Shown: positions 39,681-52,832 of the stretch, in pieces | Position numbering within the stretch: position 1 is the first letter of the stretch | Layout of the letters: the number at the start of each line of letters is the position of its first letter | NCBI GenBank assembly: GCA_010909165.1 | Contig: MU008191.1 | Span: 372,001 to 436,000, forward strand | DNA length: 64,000 nucleotides | DNA from: Anthoceros angustus | Lineage: Eukaryota; Plantae; Anthocerotophyta | Direction: 5' to 3' | The notes under the pieces: model-generated | Told to the model about the DNA's origin: nothing | Databases searched by the model: none | The model's input: only the letters and a program-made list of their open reading frames with translations | Program-made: the position numbers and the translations under genes

Positions 39681-41084
39681 TGCAACACGACGTGCAAGGA
39701 CATCCAGAGACGCGATTACCTCTGCTTCCCCAAGCACGGTGGACATGCAGGTGATTCCTGATGGTGTGATAGTCCAGCGAATATCGCCCAAACTCCAGTC
39801 CCTTTGGTCCAACCTGCTCAAGGACGGCCCAATCAGGACTCTGCACGGGTTGACAGTAGTATCCCAGAGTTCTGTGACAGGAGTTGAGGGGCGAGTGCTC
39901 ACCAAGTTTAGGAAGAAGGCAATGATGTTTCCCACGAGTCGAGGTGCAGGGATGTCTTCTCCTTTCCTTTTGTTTGCACCACAATCAGGTCAGGCTTCGG
40001 AACAGTACAAACCCTGATGCGAAAAACAGAGAAATAGGGAGCAGGTAGACCTAGTTTCGCCTTGTCATCTGCTTTCACCGTCTCCATCACAAATAGCCTT
40101 TGTTGGAAACGAGCCGGTAAGGTCGGATTGGTCAGCCCACATTGCAATCCTGATTCGTTCTTAAGTGACAATGCATTATTCACAGATAGGAGCTATCCTT
40201 GGAGACTGTGCACGGACAACCCTGATACCATGTTCACAGATGCAGGATCTCCACTTGAGTTTTTCTCTCTGTCTATGCACGAAAAGGTTTAGCCTCATTT
40301 GGGTTCTGGTTGACTTGCTCGTTTTCAAGCCATTGTTGCCGGTTTTGGGGACTTGGGGTCTGGTGTGGTCTGGAAAACTGGTAAGTACATGTTCCTAATG
40401 GTCTTGTATGTATGTAGTCTAAGGCTTGACATCTGGCTCTGATCTAGCTAACAAAAGTTTCCTGTCAACGATCTCTGCTCGCTTCTCACTTACAACCTGT
40501 GCCGTACACTGTCGTTGAAAGGCAGTGGTACCTGATTGACAGCCCTGAACTTCCAACGTTGTTCAGGTGCTCATTCTCCAAGCTGCAAACATAGGATGCA
40601 GACAGACCTGTAGCAGGATGGTGCTATGACGTCATTCAGTTCATCCGCTGGCAAGCAAAAGTATGGTACCTATGTTGGCATGCATGAGCTTTAGCTTCCA
40701 AGTTCAACAACCCAACTTCCATGTTTTGCTGTGTCTTTGTTCACAACCTTCTTTACAACCGCAGCACTGAGCTTACCTCTTCATTACAGCCATCCAAATG
40801 TTTGAGGTGAACCTGTTCTACAGCATAGAATGTCAGCTAATGAAATCCACTTGAGTTTTCTCTCTGTCTATGCACGAAAAGGTTTAGCCTCATTTGGGTT
40901 CTGGTTGACTTGCTCGTTTTCAAGCCATTGTTGCCGGTTTTGGGGACTTGGGGTCTGGTGTGGTCTGGAAAACTGGTAAGTACATGTTCCTAATGGTCTT
41001 GTATGTATGTAGTCTAAGGCTTGACATCTGGCTCTGATCTAGCTAACAAAAGTTTCCTGTCAACGATCTCTGCTCGCTTCTCAC

Positions 41085-41935
41085 TTACAACCTGTGCCGT
41101 ACACTGTCGTTGAAAGGCAGTGGTACCTGATTGACAGCCCTGAACTTCCCAACGTTGTTCAGGTGCTCATTCTCCAAGCTGCAAACATATACCCAAGGAC
41201 AGTGTGGTGAGCGTTTCATCTCTGATTGGCTTTGCCTGTCCAAGGAACACGAAGAAGGTAAAGAGCTTAAACGAACGAACCGATAAAAATTCCACTGGCC
41301 ACGCCGGATGACTTCAAGGGCAGCAAACGTGAAGTCTGTGAGGTTGTTAGTCAAACCATACTGTGGGGTATGAATTAGCGTGTATATCCACGCTAGTCGC
41401 AACACAGAGTTCAGTGCCTGCCACGACGTATCCAACATGTGAAACATCCAAAGGTGTCCAACTGCCCTTCGGCTGCTGAAAACATCAGTCTCTGGCCATG
41501 GCAGACAGTGAGTGAGATGTTATGCTTACCATTGAGATGAAATATAGATATTTTCTTTTGAGGATGAGCTGATCCCGGAGCCAAGGATTGGCTGAGTTTT
41601 TCCGAAGGAGTCCCCAATCAACCACTATGTCCCAGTAGATTTGATAAATGGTAGCGATGACTGACGATGTTATAAACAAACTCTGCCATACCGGAATGGT
41701 TCCGTGTATATGTCACTCGCATCACCACAGCTACCATTGCTGACAAGTACTTGCCCAAATTAGCTACATGTGCTGGGTCCCGATCCTCGTCAATCCACCT
41801 TCTTAGGCACTGTTTTGGAACAAAGCACATAAACAAGATTCTTGATTCTCATCGTCTCATCAATTGAAGCATGAAGACAGGGAGCTGAAGACCCGCAGTG
41901 GAAAAGAGATGAGCAGAGAGGATCTTGACCTGCAT
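41085..41935 (-). CDS. PHO1: PHO1 (SPX-EXS phosphate exporter) 3' exons including the stop; fragment that recurs wholly or partly at about 40.5, 42.4, 43.5, 45.4, 49.7 and 50.8 kb
   Basis: [68 protein letters not shown]|[20 protein letters not shown]. Confidence 0.88.
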
Positions 41936-43476
41936 GAACTCATAGTGCAAAACAGTTTCAGGATCGTCACTTGCAGCTTTTAAGAACTTATCCAGTCCCT
42001 GCCTGGGGCCATTGTCCACTGACATCCACACAAATACACATAACTGGCACCTGCTGTTAATCCACCTCTGAGTGAAGAAGTGGAGACAAGCTCAACTCAG
42101 TTCCCTGGGGACATGATATCATGGTTTACAGGCCCATGACGAAACTGATATCAGCCAGGAGTTTTTCCCAACAGCAGAGCTGGTCTCGGAGACTCACCAC
42201 AATTGGTGCCAAGAACATACAGCTTCTCCAGGCCAAGATGTCTCTCCACTGACCGTAAGGCTGCAAACGCCGGAAATAAGCGTTGGCAAAGGCTGGAGTG
42301 CATTTTTATCACTCACGATTCTGTATGAAGGCTTATCTGACGGATTCATACAAAGCCTCCTGGTACCTTGGACTTGACAGCCCTGAACTTCCCAACGTTG
42401 TTCAGGTGCTCATTCTCAAGCTGCAAACATATACCCAAGGACAGTGTGGTGAGCGTTTCATCTCTGATTGGCTTTGCCTGTCCAAGGAACACGAAGAAGG
42501 TAAAGAGCTTAAACGAACGAACCGATAAAATTCCACTGGCCACGCCGGATGACTTCAAGGGCAGCAAACGTGAAGTCTGTGAGGTTGTCAAACCATACTG
42601 TGGGGTATGAATTAGCGTGTATATCCACGCTAGTCGCAACACAGAGTTCAGTGCCTGCCGACGTATCCAACATGTGAAACATCCAAAGGTGTCCAACTGC
42701 CCTTCGGCTGCTGAAAACATCAGTCTCTGGCCATGGCAGACAGTGAGTGAGATGTTATGCTTACCATTGAGATGAAATATAGATATTTTCTTTTGAGGAT
42801 GAGCTGATCCCGGAGCCAAGGATTGGCTGAGTTTTTCCGAAGCAGTCCCCAATCAACCACTATGTCCCAGTAGATTTGATAAATGGTAGCGATGACTGAC
42901 GATGTTATAAACAAACTCTGCCATACCGCGGAATGGTTCCGTGTGTATGTCACTCGCATCACCACAGCTACCATTGCTGACAAGTACTTGCCATTAGCTA
43001 CATGTGCTGGGTCCCGATCCTCGTCAATCCACCTTCTTAGGCACTGTTTTGGAACAAAGCACATAAACAAGATTCTTGATTCTCATCGTCTCATCAATTG
43101 AAGCATGAAGACAGGGAGCTGAAGACCCGCAGTGGAAAAGAGATGAGCAGAGGATCTTGACCTGCATGATTCTCCACCAGTAAGGCAGCATGGACACGAT
43201 GTATTCGAAGCTCCAGAACAGTTTAGAACCCGTGCAGTGCGTGGAAATGTCGGTGCTGTTTGTCCCATGGATCGATCCTATGCAGTAGCACGCAGCATTT
43301 CCACTGCAATTGCCGTCACAATTCCTGTCCATTGAGCACCTGTCGAACAAAACCTCTAAAAGTCAGCAGTTATGAAAGGCAAGCAAGCAAGGCAGACCTC
43401 GCAAAAGCTCCAACCTTCGACAGGCTCAATCTTCCGGGCATAAAGCATTTCCTCGTGAACTCCAAAGTGCAAGTCA

Positions 43477-44990
43477 TCCAAGGAACACGAAGAAGGTAAA
43501 GAGCTTAAACGAACGAACCGATAAAAATTCCACTGGCCACGCCGGATGACTTCAAGGGCAGCAAACGTGAAGTCTGTGAGGTTGTTAGTCAAACCATACT
43601 GTGGGGTATGAATTAGCGTGTATATCCACGCTAGTCGCAACACAGAGTTCAGTGCCTGCCACGACGTATCCAACATGTGAAACATCCAAAGGTGTCCAAC
43701 TGCCCTTCGGCTGCTGAAAACATCAGTCTCTGGCCATGGCAGACAGTGAGTGAGATGTTATGCTTACCATTGAGATGAAATATAGATATTTTCTTTTGAG
43801 GATGAGCTGATCCCGGAGCCAAGGATTGGCTGAGTTTTTCCGAAGGAGTCCCCAATCAACCACTATGTCCCAGTAGATTTGATAAATGGTAGCGATGACT
43901 GACGATGTTATAAACAAACTCTGCCATACCGCGGAATGGTTCCGTGTGTATGTCACTCGCATCACCACAGCTACCATTGCTGACAAGTACTTGCCCAAAT
44001 TAGCTACATGTGCTGGGTCCCGATCCTCGTCAATCCACCTTCTTAGGCACTGTTTTGGAACAAAGCACATAAACAAGATTCTTGATTCTCATCGTCTCAT
44101 CAATTGAAGCATGAAGACAGGGAGCTGAAGACCCGCAGTGGAAAAAGAGATGAGCAGAGAGGATCTTGACCTGCATGATTCTCCACCAGTAAGGCAGCAT
44201 GGACACGATGTATTCGAAGCTCCAGAACAGTTTAGAACCCGTGCAGTGCGTGGAAATGTCGGTGCTGTTTGTCCCATGGATCGATCCTATGCAGTAGCAC
44301 GCAGCATACTCGAGATTTCTCAAACCCGTAACCTGAACATTCACCCAGGATGACGACTGTCAGTTCACAGTAGCAGGAAGTGTGATCAGTTGGTTCAGAC
44401 TTGTGTTGATTGCATCCGCCTACAACATTTGGAATTTTATAAGAACCGTGACATGAGGTGAATCGTGACATTGTTAAGTGAAAATGTTATGATGTGAGGC
44501 ATCTAACCTGGCTTGTAAGCTGATCCGCAATGAAGAAATCAAGCAGGACGACCTGTCAAATGAGACCACAGCTGACGTGAACATCAAGGGCCATTCCGAC
44601 CTGCGATTGATGACTAATTATCTTGGGTTGTTTGTTTTTACCTTGTACAATGGGGCAAGCATGACTCTCGTCAGGCATTTGAGAAATATGATTCTCGAAG
44701 ACTTGTACAAGAGATTCAAAGGGATGAACAGAAGCAGCAGAAATACCTGCGGTGCAGATTACAGCAGAGCTCATTATCAGAATTCGTCTGCGGAAGAACC
44801 AGGACAGTCTGATTGGAAGCGTTCAAATGACTTTGCAACGGTTTCACAGCTTACCATGGTCACTGTGAGTGGGATGCTCACGCTCTTGATGCCAAGAAAT
44901 GTCTCCTTTCTCGAGTTCGTAACAAGATGAGAAAGCATCCCGAGAGTCAAAACTGTCGTGAGCACAGTGCTCAGCAGCAAGACTTCACGA
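43477..44990 (-). CDS. PHO1: PHO1 EXS-domain middle exons (fragment)
   Basis: [16 protein letters not shown]|[15 protein letters not shown]|..[19 protein letters not shown]|CLRRW. Confidence 0.85.
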
Positions 44991-46465
44991 TCCTCCAAGC
45001 TGTGGATGCAGGTGGAAGAAGAAGGACACCACTCAGCCAAGCAGGAGGCGAAACGAGGCCATTGCTGACAAGTACTTGCCCAAATTAGCTACATGTGCTG
45101 GGTCCCGATCCTCGTCAATCCACCTTCTTAGGCACTGTTTTGGAACAAAGCACATAAACAAGATTCTTGATTCTCATCGTCTCATCAATTGAAGCATGAA
45201 GACAGGGAGCTGAAGACCCGCAGTGGAAAAGAGATGAGCAGAGGATCTTGACCTGCATGATTCTCCACCAGTAAGGCAGCATGGACACGAGGACACCGGA
45301 TTCACAACGGATGGACCAGCCATCGAGGTGGGTGTCTCACGCCAGAGACAATCTAGACTGCAAATTACACGGGGCAAAACAGGCTGGTGAGCTGATCCCA
45401 GCCAAGGATTGGCTGAGTTTTTCCGAAGGAGTCCCCAATCAACCACTATGTCCCAGTAGATTTGATAAATGGTAGCGATGACTGACGATGTTATAAACAA
45501 ACTCTGCCATACCGCGGAATGGTTCCGTGTGTATGTCACTCGCATCACCACAGCTACCATTGCTGACAAGTACTTGCCCAAATTAGCTACATGTGCTGGG
45601 TCCCGATCCTCGTCAATCCACCTTCTTAGGCACTGTTTTGGAACAAAGCACATAAACAAGATTCTTGATTCTCATCGTCTCATCAATTGAAGCATGAAGA
45701 CAGGGAGCTGAAGACCCGCAGTGGAAAAGAGATGAGCAGAGGATCTTGACCTGCATGATTCTCCACCAGTAAGGCAGCATGGACACGATGTATTCGAAGC
45801 TCCAGAACAGTTTAGAACCCGTGCAGTGCGTGGAAATGTCGGTGCTGTTTGTCCCATGGATCGATCCTATGCAGTAGCACGCAGCATACTCGAGATTTCT
45901 CAAACCCGTAACCTGAACATTCACCCAGGATGACGACTGTCAGTTCACAGTAGCAGGAAGTGTGATCAGTTGGTTCAGACTTGTGTTGATTGCATCCGCC
46001 TACAACATTTGGAATTTTATAAGAACCGTGACATGAGGTGAATCGTGACATTGTTAAGTGAAAATGTTATGATGTGAGGCATCTAACCTGGCTTGTAAGC
46101 TGATCCGCAATGAAGAAATCAAGCAGGACGACCTGTCAAATGAGACCACAGCTGACGTGAACATCAAGGGCCATTCCGACCTGCGATTGATGACTAATTA
46201 TCTTGGGTTGTTTGTACCTTACAATGGGGCAAGATGACTCTCGTCAGGCATTTGAGAAATATGATTCTCGAAGACTTGTACAAGAGATTCAAAGGGATGA
46301 ACAAAGCATCAGAAATACCTGCGGTGCAGATTACAGCAGAGCTCATTATCAGAATTCGTCTGCGGAAGAACCAGGACAGTCTGATTGGAAGCGTTCAAAT
46401 GACTATTGCAACGGTTTCACAGCTTACCATGGTCACTGTGGTGGGATGCTCACGCTCTTGATGCC

Positions 46466-46882
46466 AAGAAATGTCATACAGAGTGAAAATCAGGATCTGA
46501 AAGTATGCGTATGCCTGCAGTGATCCTTGGCAGGGTAGGTAGACCCGGGCTTGATGGGTTTTGATTTGCTTCTCCAGTCCCCTGCAGAAATGCAAGCCAA
46601 CCATTACGCTGTCGCCCACAAACTGTACTCTTGGAGGTAGAAGCTCTGAACCGCACCTTGCGCTCTGACGGTCATAGCCCTTGGCCCCGGACGGGTCTTG
46701 CAGTAGAGGCCCACACGAACTTCACGATCCTCCAAGCTGTGGATGCAGGTGGAAGAAGAAGGGACACCACTCAGCCAAGCAGGAGGCGAAACGAGGCCAT
46801 TGCTGAGGGACGAAAATCGTGGCAGGGGGTGCCAGATGGCTGGACACGAGGACACCGGATTCACAACGGATGGACCAGCCAT
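46466..46882 (-). CDS. HCAR: HCAR exons 1-2 with the true start (transit peptide MAGPSVVNPVSSCPAIW...TVRAQ); displaced fragment
   Basis: Essentially identical to 39287-39680 but continues to an ATG at 46882. Ser/Pro-rich plastid transit peptide. Confidence 0.8.
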
Positions 46883-47280
46883 CGAGGTGGGTGTCTCACG
46901 CCAGAGACAATCTAGACTGCAAATTACACGGGGCAAAACGAGCTGGTGAGCTGATTCCGCCTGTTGTCAATGCAGGCCCCGGCAACCGTGGCGCTGAAGG
47001 CGCCAGAATTGCTGCCTCCGGGCTGCAGAACTGGGGGTTTGCTCTACCTGTAGTCCCAGCATTGGCCGAGCTGTGGGGACAGCTGAGCTGCTGCGTGTGT
47101 GGAATGCTTTCCTGTCTCAGGCTGCGGACCCTGGTCGGGAATGCTCTGCTCTGCTACGACCCATTGCTGGAGAGGGTGGCTCGACACAAGGTGAGCAGTG
47201 AAGGGAGCGGATGCGTGCTGCGGATGAATGCAAGACATGTTGATGACGTGCAGCGTTTGACGCAGGTAGGCGTGAGGTCC

Positions 47281-47319
47281 ATGGCGTCCAACACTACCGA
47301 TCTGTGTGATGCGCACCCT
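47281..47319 (+). CDS. N-terminal fragment of an RraA-like / 4-hydroxy-4-methyl-2-oxoglutarate aldolase gene
   Basis: ATG MASNTTDLCDAHP resembles the RraA-family N-terminus (T.DLCD), then the sequence jumps into PHO1. The last codons overlap the junction. Confidence 0.6.
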
Positions 47320-48492
47320 TTGCCAGAGATATACATTGCCGCAATACAGGTACAGGTGCAATAGGATTAACGCCAGAATGCTGTAGAGAAAACAGGACGA
47401 CAAAATCAGCATGTGCTCGCTCGTGGCACATGATATGAATACAGTGCCTCATCAGCCCGCAGGCATCATGCATAAGTGCAAGCGAGACTGGTTGATTACA
47501 AAGGCAAACCTGAAGATCGGAAACACAGCTGTATCGTCCTTGAAATGATATCTTTTCAGCAAGACAAGATAAACCAGAAACAAGGCCAAGGAACAGCCGG
47601 AAAAGACCCCTGCAAGCCGACACATGTTCGGATGAGCCGGTCTGGTAATCCTAACACTTGTGGGTGTACATTGGGAAGCCGAGATGTGTACTTGCCTGAC
47701 AGAAAAGTTATGCTGTGCGAAGCTTTTTTTTTCGTTGGATTCAGATACGCCATGGCTTGACGCTCGTTCTTTTTGGTGAAGTGTTCAGTGAAGATGCCTT
47801 CTACCCTTTCCATGAGCTTGACCACCTGCGAGTTCAGTAGCCAAAAGTTTCTATGAATCTACCTTTGGAGCAGCTTAGAAAGTCCGTTGCCTCCCATGTG
47901 GCGAGACAGACTCGGGAACCTCCATGAAAAGTAAAGTACTGAATGAACAAGCAAAGTACCTTGTCAGAACCAGCAAAGTATGATGTTTCGATTGCCCTCA
48001 GATATGTGTCTGTAGTATGTCGTCCTGTCACCTGGGTGCAGAAAATTGAACTCGATTAGTCAAGGTCGTTGGAAGTCCAAGCTGGGTTTTAAGGTTCCTG
48101 GACGATTTCAATTTGTGTGCGATTTGCTCCTCACCTTGTCATACTTCTTGAGAATTTTCTCGAAGGCTTGCATGTTAAGAGAGCTGTTCCAGGAGTCTGA
48201 GATTTGCAGGAATCAGCTATCGGTGTTCCAACAACATTGGCAACTCGTAGTGCTCCAGTCTCCTACATCATCTGTTGTTCTGGTCTGAACTAGGATCTGT
48301 AGGGCAGGTTGGGCTTGCTCAATGATAAGAATACATCACAAATAGCCTTTGTTGGAAACGAGCAGTAAGGTCGGATTGGTCAGCCCACATTGCAATCCTG
48401 ATTCGTTCTTAAGTGACAATGCATTATTCACAGATAGGAGCTATCCTTGAGACTGTGCACGGACAACCCTGATACCATGTTCACAGATGCAG

Positions 48493-48566
48493 GAGTCCGC
48501 ATAGCCCCTGGAGACTGGTGCTATGCTGACAACGACGGAGTCATTGTCTCCAACGTGGAGCTGTGA
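48493..48566 (+). CDS. Last exon of the RraA-like / HMG aldolase gene
   Basis: After a CAG acceptor: GVRIAPGDWCYADNDGVIVSNVEL*, matching the RraA-family C-terminal G..I.PGD..YAD.DG motif. Confidence 0.75.
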
Positions 48567-49800
48567 TCGAGGATGCCTTCTACCCTTTCCATGAGCTTGA
48601 CCACCTGCGAGTTCAGTAGCCAAAAGTTTCTATGAATCTACCTTTGGAGCAGAGAAAGTCCGTTGCCTCCCATGTGGCGAGACAGACTCGGAACCTCCAT
48701 GAAAAGTAAAGTACTGAATGAACAAGCAAAGTACCTTGTCAGAACCAGCAAAGTATGATGTTTCGATTGCCCTCAGATATGTGTCTGTAGTATGTCGTCC
48801 TGTCACCTGGGTGCAGAAAATTGAACTCGATTAGTCAAGGTCGTTGGAAGTCCAAGCTGGGTTTTAAGGTTCCTGGACGATTTCAATTTGTGCGATTTGC
48901 TCCTCACCTTGTCATACTTCTTGAGAATTTTCTCGAAGGCTTGCATGTTAAGAGAGCTGTTCCAGGAGTCTGAGATTTGCAGGAATCAGCTATCGGTGTT
49001 CCAACAACATTGGCAACTCGTAGTGCTCCAGTCTCCTACATCATCTGTTGTTCTGGTCTGAACTAGGATCTGTAGGGCAGGTTGGGCTTGCTCAATGATA
49101 AGAATACATCACAAATAGCCTTTGTTGGAAACGAGCCGGTAAGGTCGGATTGGTCAGCCCACATTGCAATCCTGATTCGTTCTTAAGTGACAATGCATTA
49201 TTCACAGATAGGAGCTATCCTTGGAGACTGTGCACGGACAACCCTGATACCATGTTCACAGATGCAGGATCTCCACTTGAGTTTTCTCTCTGTCTATGCA
49301 CGAAAAGGTTAGCCTCATTTGCGTTTCCAATTGGTGAGCCCTGATTATGAACTCTCCCTCCTTCCTCCGATAGAACCTGTCGACGATGTTGAGCTGTTCA
49401 TCCAGCATTTTGAAGAAAATCTTCTCGTGCTCCGCAGCTGCAATGCAGGGCTCGAGGATTTCTGTTTCGTAGTATTCTCCGCCATGCGTGTCTGACTGCC
49501 GCTGATGGACCTGCCGCATATATTACGAGCCTTCAAACTACGTAGCCAAAACACTTGTAAATTCTATCCATGGATTACTGCTTCTGAACGACAGACAGAC
49601 GGACAATATCACCAAGTGCGTACCTTGATAGACGGGGGAGGCCGAAGGCTTGACATCTGGCTCTGATCTAGCTAACAAAAGTTTCCTGTCAACGATCTCT
49701 GCTCGCTTCTCACTTACAACCTGTGCCGTACACTGTCGTTGAAAGGCAGTGGTACCTGATTGACAGCCCTGAACTTCCAACGTTGTTCAGGTGCTCATTC

Positions 49801-51967
49801 TCCAAGCTGGGTTTTAAGGTTCCTGGACGATTTCAATTTGTGTGCGATTTGCTCCTCACCTTGTCATACTTCTTGAGAATTTTCTCGAAGGCTTGCATGT
49901 TAAGAGAGCTGTTCCAGGAGTGGAAATGTCAGTTGTGGTCAGTGGCCAGCCCGAATGCATTGTGCTGGGAGCAAGAACGACGTACCTAAAGCTCGCCAGC
50001 AAGGTTAGCCCACGATAGAACTCTATAAATGCAGCCCGAAGCATTTTCTGTGCACCTTGAACTTTTTTCTTGCTTATCGTCCTGTGAAACTCTTCCTTGC
50101 CCTCGCGCGAGAATCCTTTATTTTCCTCCAATGCTTGTCGTTTCTTTGTAGTGCCAGCCATTTCCTCCCATAGCATCCTAGAAAGCGCTGAAATAGCTTC
50201 AAGCGATTGGCCTTGCAGAGGAATGTTGACTACCATGGCGGGGGGAACGGACGAGGCGAGTTGAATGTTAGACCCTGCAAAGCTGCAGTGCTGGTATGTG
50301 CACCCTGGTTTCTCGTCGCCTATTGGGTAACACACATGATCGTTCAGTTGAAGATCATATTCCGGGTTTGCCTGCAACGTCAGAGCAGTCTGGCCTCCTA
50401 GGTTGGACTGCAGCTCACGGTTGCTAACAGCCAAGAGGTTGAGAGAGAGAGGCTTTAATTTGCTCTTCTCAGCTATGCCCACGATCTTGGCCTCTTCTGA
50501 GGAGCCTTTGCCTGAAATGCCAAATGCGTTAGCCACGAGCAGAAAACGTTGATGCCGGAACATGTCACTTAGCTCCTCCTAACAAGGTGCTGTTTCGAGC
50601 TAACTCAAGCAGCAGGAGTAGTCACCTGCTGATGCCAGAATTTGGAGGTCGGGATCAAAATCATCAGTGCTTTCCATCGCTGTCAAGGGAGATGAGAAAC
50701 CCGGATCGGACCACGAGACCGAGTCTTTGCATTTCAACCAGAGTCCTCATTTGCGTTTCCAATTGGTGAGCCCTGATTATGAACTCTCCCTCCTTCCTCC
50801 GATAGAACCTGTCGACGATGTTATAAACAAACTCTGCCATACCGCGGAATGGTTCCGTGTGTATGTCACTCGCATCACCACAGCTACCATTGCTGACAAG
50901 TACTTGCCCAAATTAGCTACATGTGCTGGGTCCCGATCCTCGTCAATCCACCTTCTTAGGCACTGTTTTGGAACAAAGCACATAAACAAGATTCTTGATT
51001 CTCATCGTCTCATCAATTGAAGCATGAAGACAGGGAGCTGAAGACCCGCAGTGGAAAAGAGATGAGCAGAGGATCTTGACCTGCATGATTCTCCACCAGT
51101 AAGGCAGCATGGACACGATGTATTCAGCTCCAGAACAGTTTAGAACCCGTGCAGTGCGTGGAAATGTCGGTGCTGTTTCGGCTAACTCAAGCAGCAGGAG
51201 TCACCTGCTGATGCCAGAATTTGGAGGTCGGGATCAAAATCATCAGTGCTTCACTGTCAAGGGGAGAGATGAGAAACCCGGATCGGACCACGAGACCGAG
51301 TCTTTGCATTTCACCAGAGTCCTCATTTGCGTTTCCAATTGGTGAGCCCTGATTATGAACTCTCCCTCCTTCCTCCGATAGAACCTGTCGACGATGTTGA
51401 GCTGTTCATCCAGCATTTTGAAGAAAATCTTCTCGTGCTCCGCAGCTGCAATGCAGGGCTCGAGGATTTCTGTTTCGTAGTATTCTCCGCCATGCGTGTC
51501 TGACTGCCGCTGATGGACCTGCCGCATATATTACGAGCCTTCAAACTACGTAGCCAAAACACTTGTAAATTCTATCCATGGATTACTGCTTCTGAACGAC
51601 AGACAGACGGACAATATCACCAAGTGCGTACCTTGATAGACGGGAGGGAGGCCGAAGGCTTGAATGTGTGACCGGTCCGACGAGCCAGCCCCGTGAATGC
51701 TGCCAAGGGGCTTCCAGAAATGCTCACCACCTGGTGCTGGGGCGGATCAGTGGAGGAGTTGGTGCTTCCGGTCTCGACGTCATCACCGTCAGGATGGTGC
51801 TCCAGGGCCATGTGCAGAGCAGCTCTGCCCACCAGGGGGGCCTTGGTCCCTTGGTGATGGTGCTGCTTTATCCTCTTGATCTGCTGCTTGAGGAGCTTGT
51901 AGTTGCAGTAGGCATCCGTCCATTCCGGGACAAGCTGCTGCGCCAGCTGCTTCTTGAACTTCACCAT
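49801..51967 (-). CDS. PHO1: PHO1 5' (SPX domain) exons, variant 1, interrupted by an EXS fragment at about 50814-51178
   Basis: ATG at 51967: MVKFKKQLAQQLVPEWTDAYCNYKLLKQQIKRIK, FFKMLDEQLNIVDRFYRRKEGEF, MLRAAFIEFYRGLTLLASF, LNMQAFEKILKKYDK. Confidence 0.88.
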
Positions 51968-52832
51968 CTTTTGCTCCTGTCTTAACGGATGGAGGCCAAG
52001 ATGCTGATCAGAAGCAGCCTGGCATGTAATTCGTGCTGGCATTCAGCTTGATCAACAACTAATTCTGTTCAGACTCAATCCGAGTCCAGGCCTTGTGATC
52101 GTACTCTGTTGGCATGACAGCCTTTTCACTGCCTGGAGATGTCAGAGCTGCTTTTGCATGTCTGTCGCCTTTCTTTCAAAGCTGCAGCAGAGGCTCCGGC
52201 TATATAGCTCCTGGACATAACCGAGTTCGCTGGAGTCACAGAGCGTAGAAAATTGGAGGATATCTGGGAGTGGTCTGCAGGCTGAACATCTTTTACTGCA
52301 TTCGTTCGTGGAGCCGAGAGAGGCACGATTCCGTGGCCTGCAGGCAAAACTTTGCAATCATTTCAACCAAGCACGGTTGTGGCTGGGTAGCAAGATTGTG
52401 ATTTTCCTTGCTGTGAGTGCGAAATCAGGCCTAGCTCCTATTAGTTGAACTTTCTCCAAGTGGTGGTTTCTCCCAAGAGATTCAAAGGGATGAACAGAAG
52501 CAGCCTGGCATGTAATTCGTGCTGGCATTCAGCTTGATCAACAACTAATTCTGTTCAGACTCAATCCGAGTCCAGGCCTTGTGATCGTACTCTGTTGGCA
52601 TGACAGCCTTTTCACTGCCTGGAGATGTCAGAGCTGCTTTTGCATGTCTGTCGCCTTTCTTTCAAAGCTGCAGCAGAGGCTCCGGCTATAGCTCCTGGAC
52701 ATAACCGAGTTCGCTGGAGTCACAGAGCGTAGAAAATTGGAGGATATCTGGGAGTGGTCTGCAGGCTGAACATCTTTTACTGCATTCGTTCGTGGAGCCG
52801 AGAGAGGCACGATTCCGTGGCCTGCAGGCAAA

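Noticed and set aside
51968-52042. In-frame upstream ATG extending PHO1 by 25 aa
   Set aside because: PHO1/SPX proteins start at MVKF; without transcript data this ATG may be intronic or unused.
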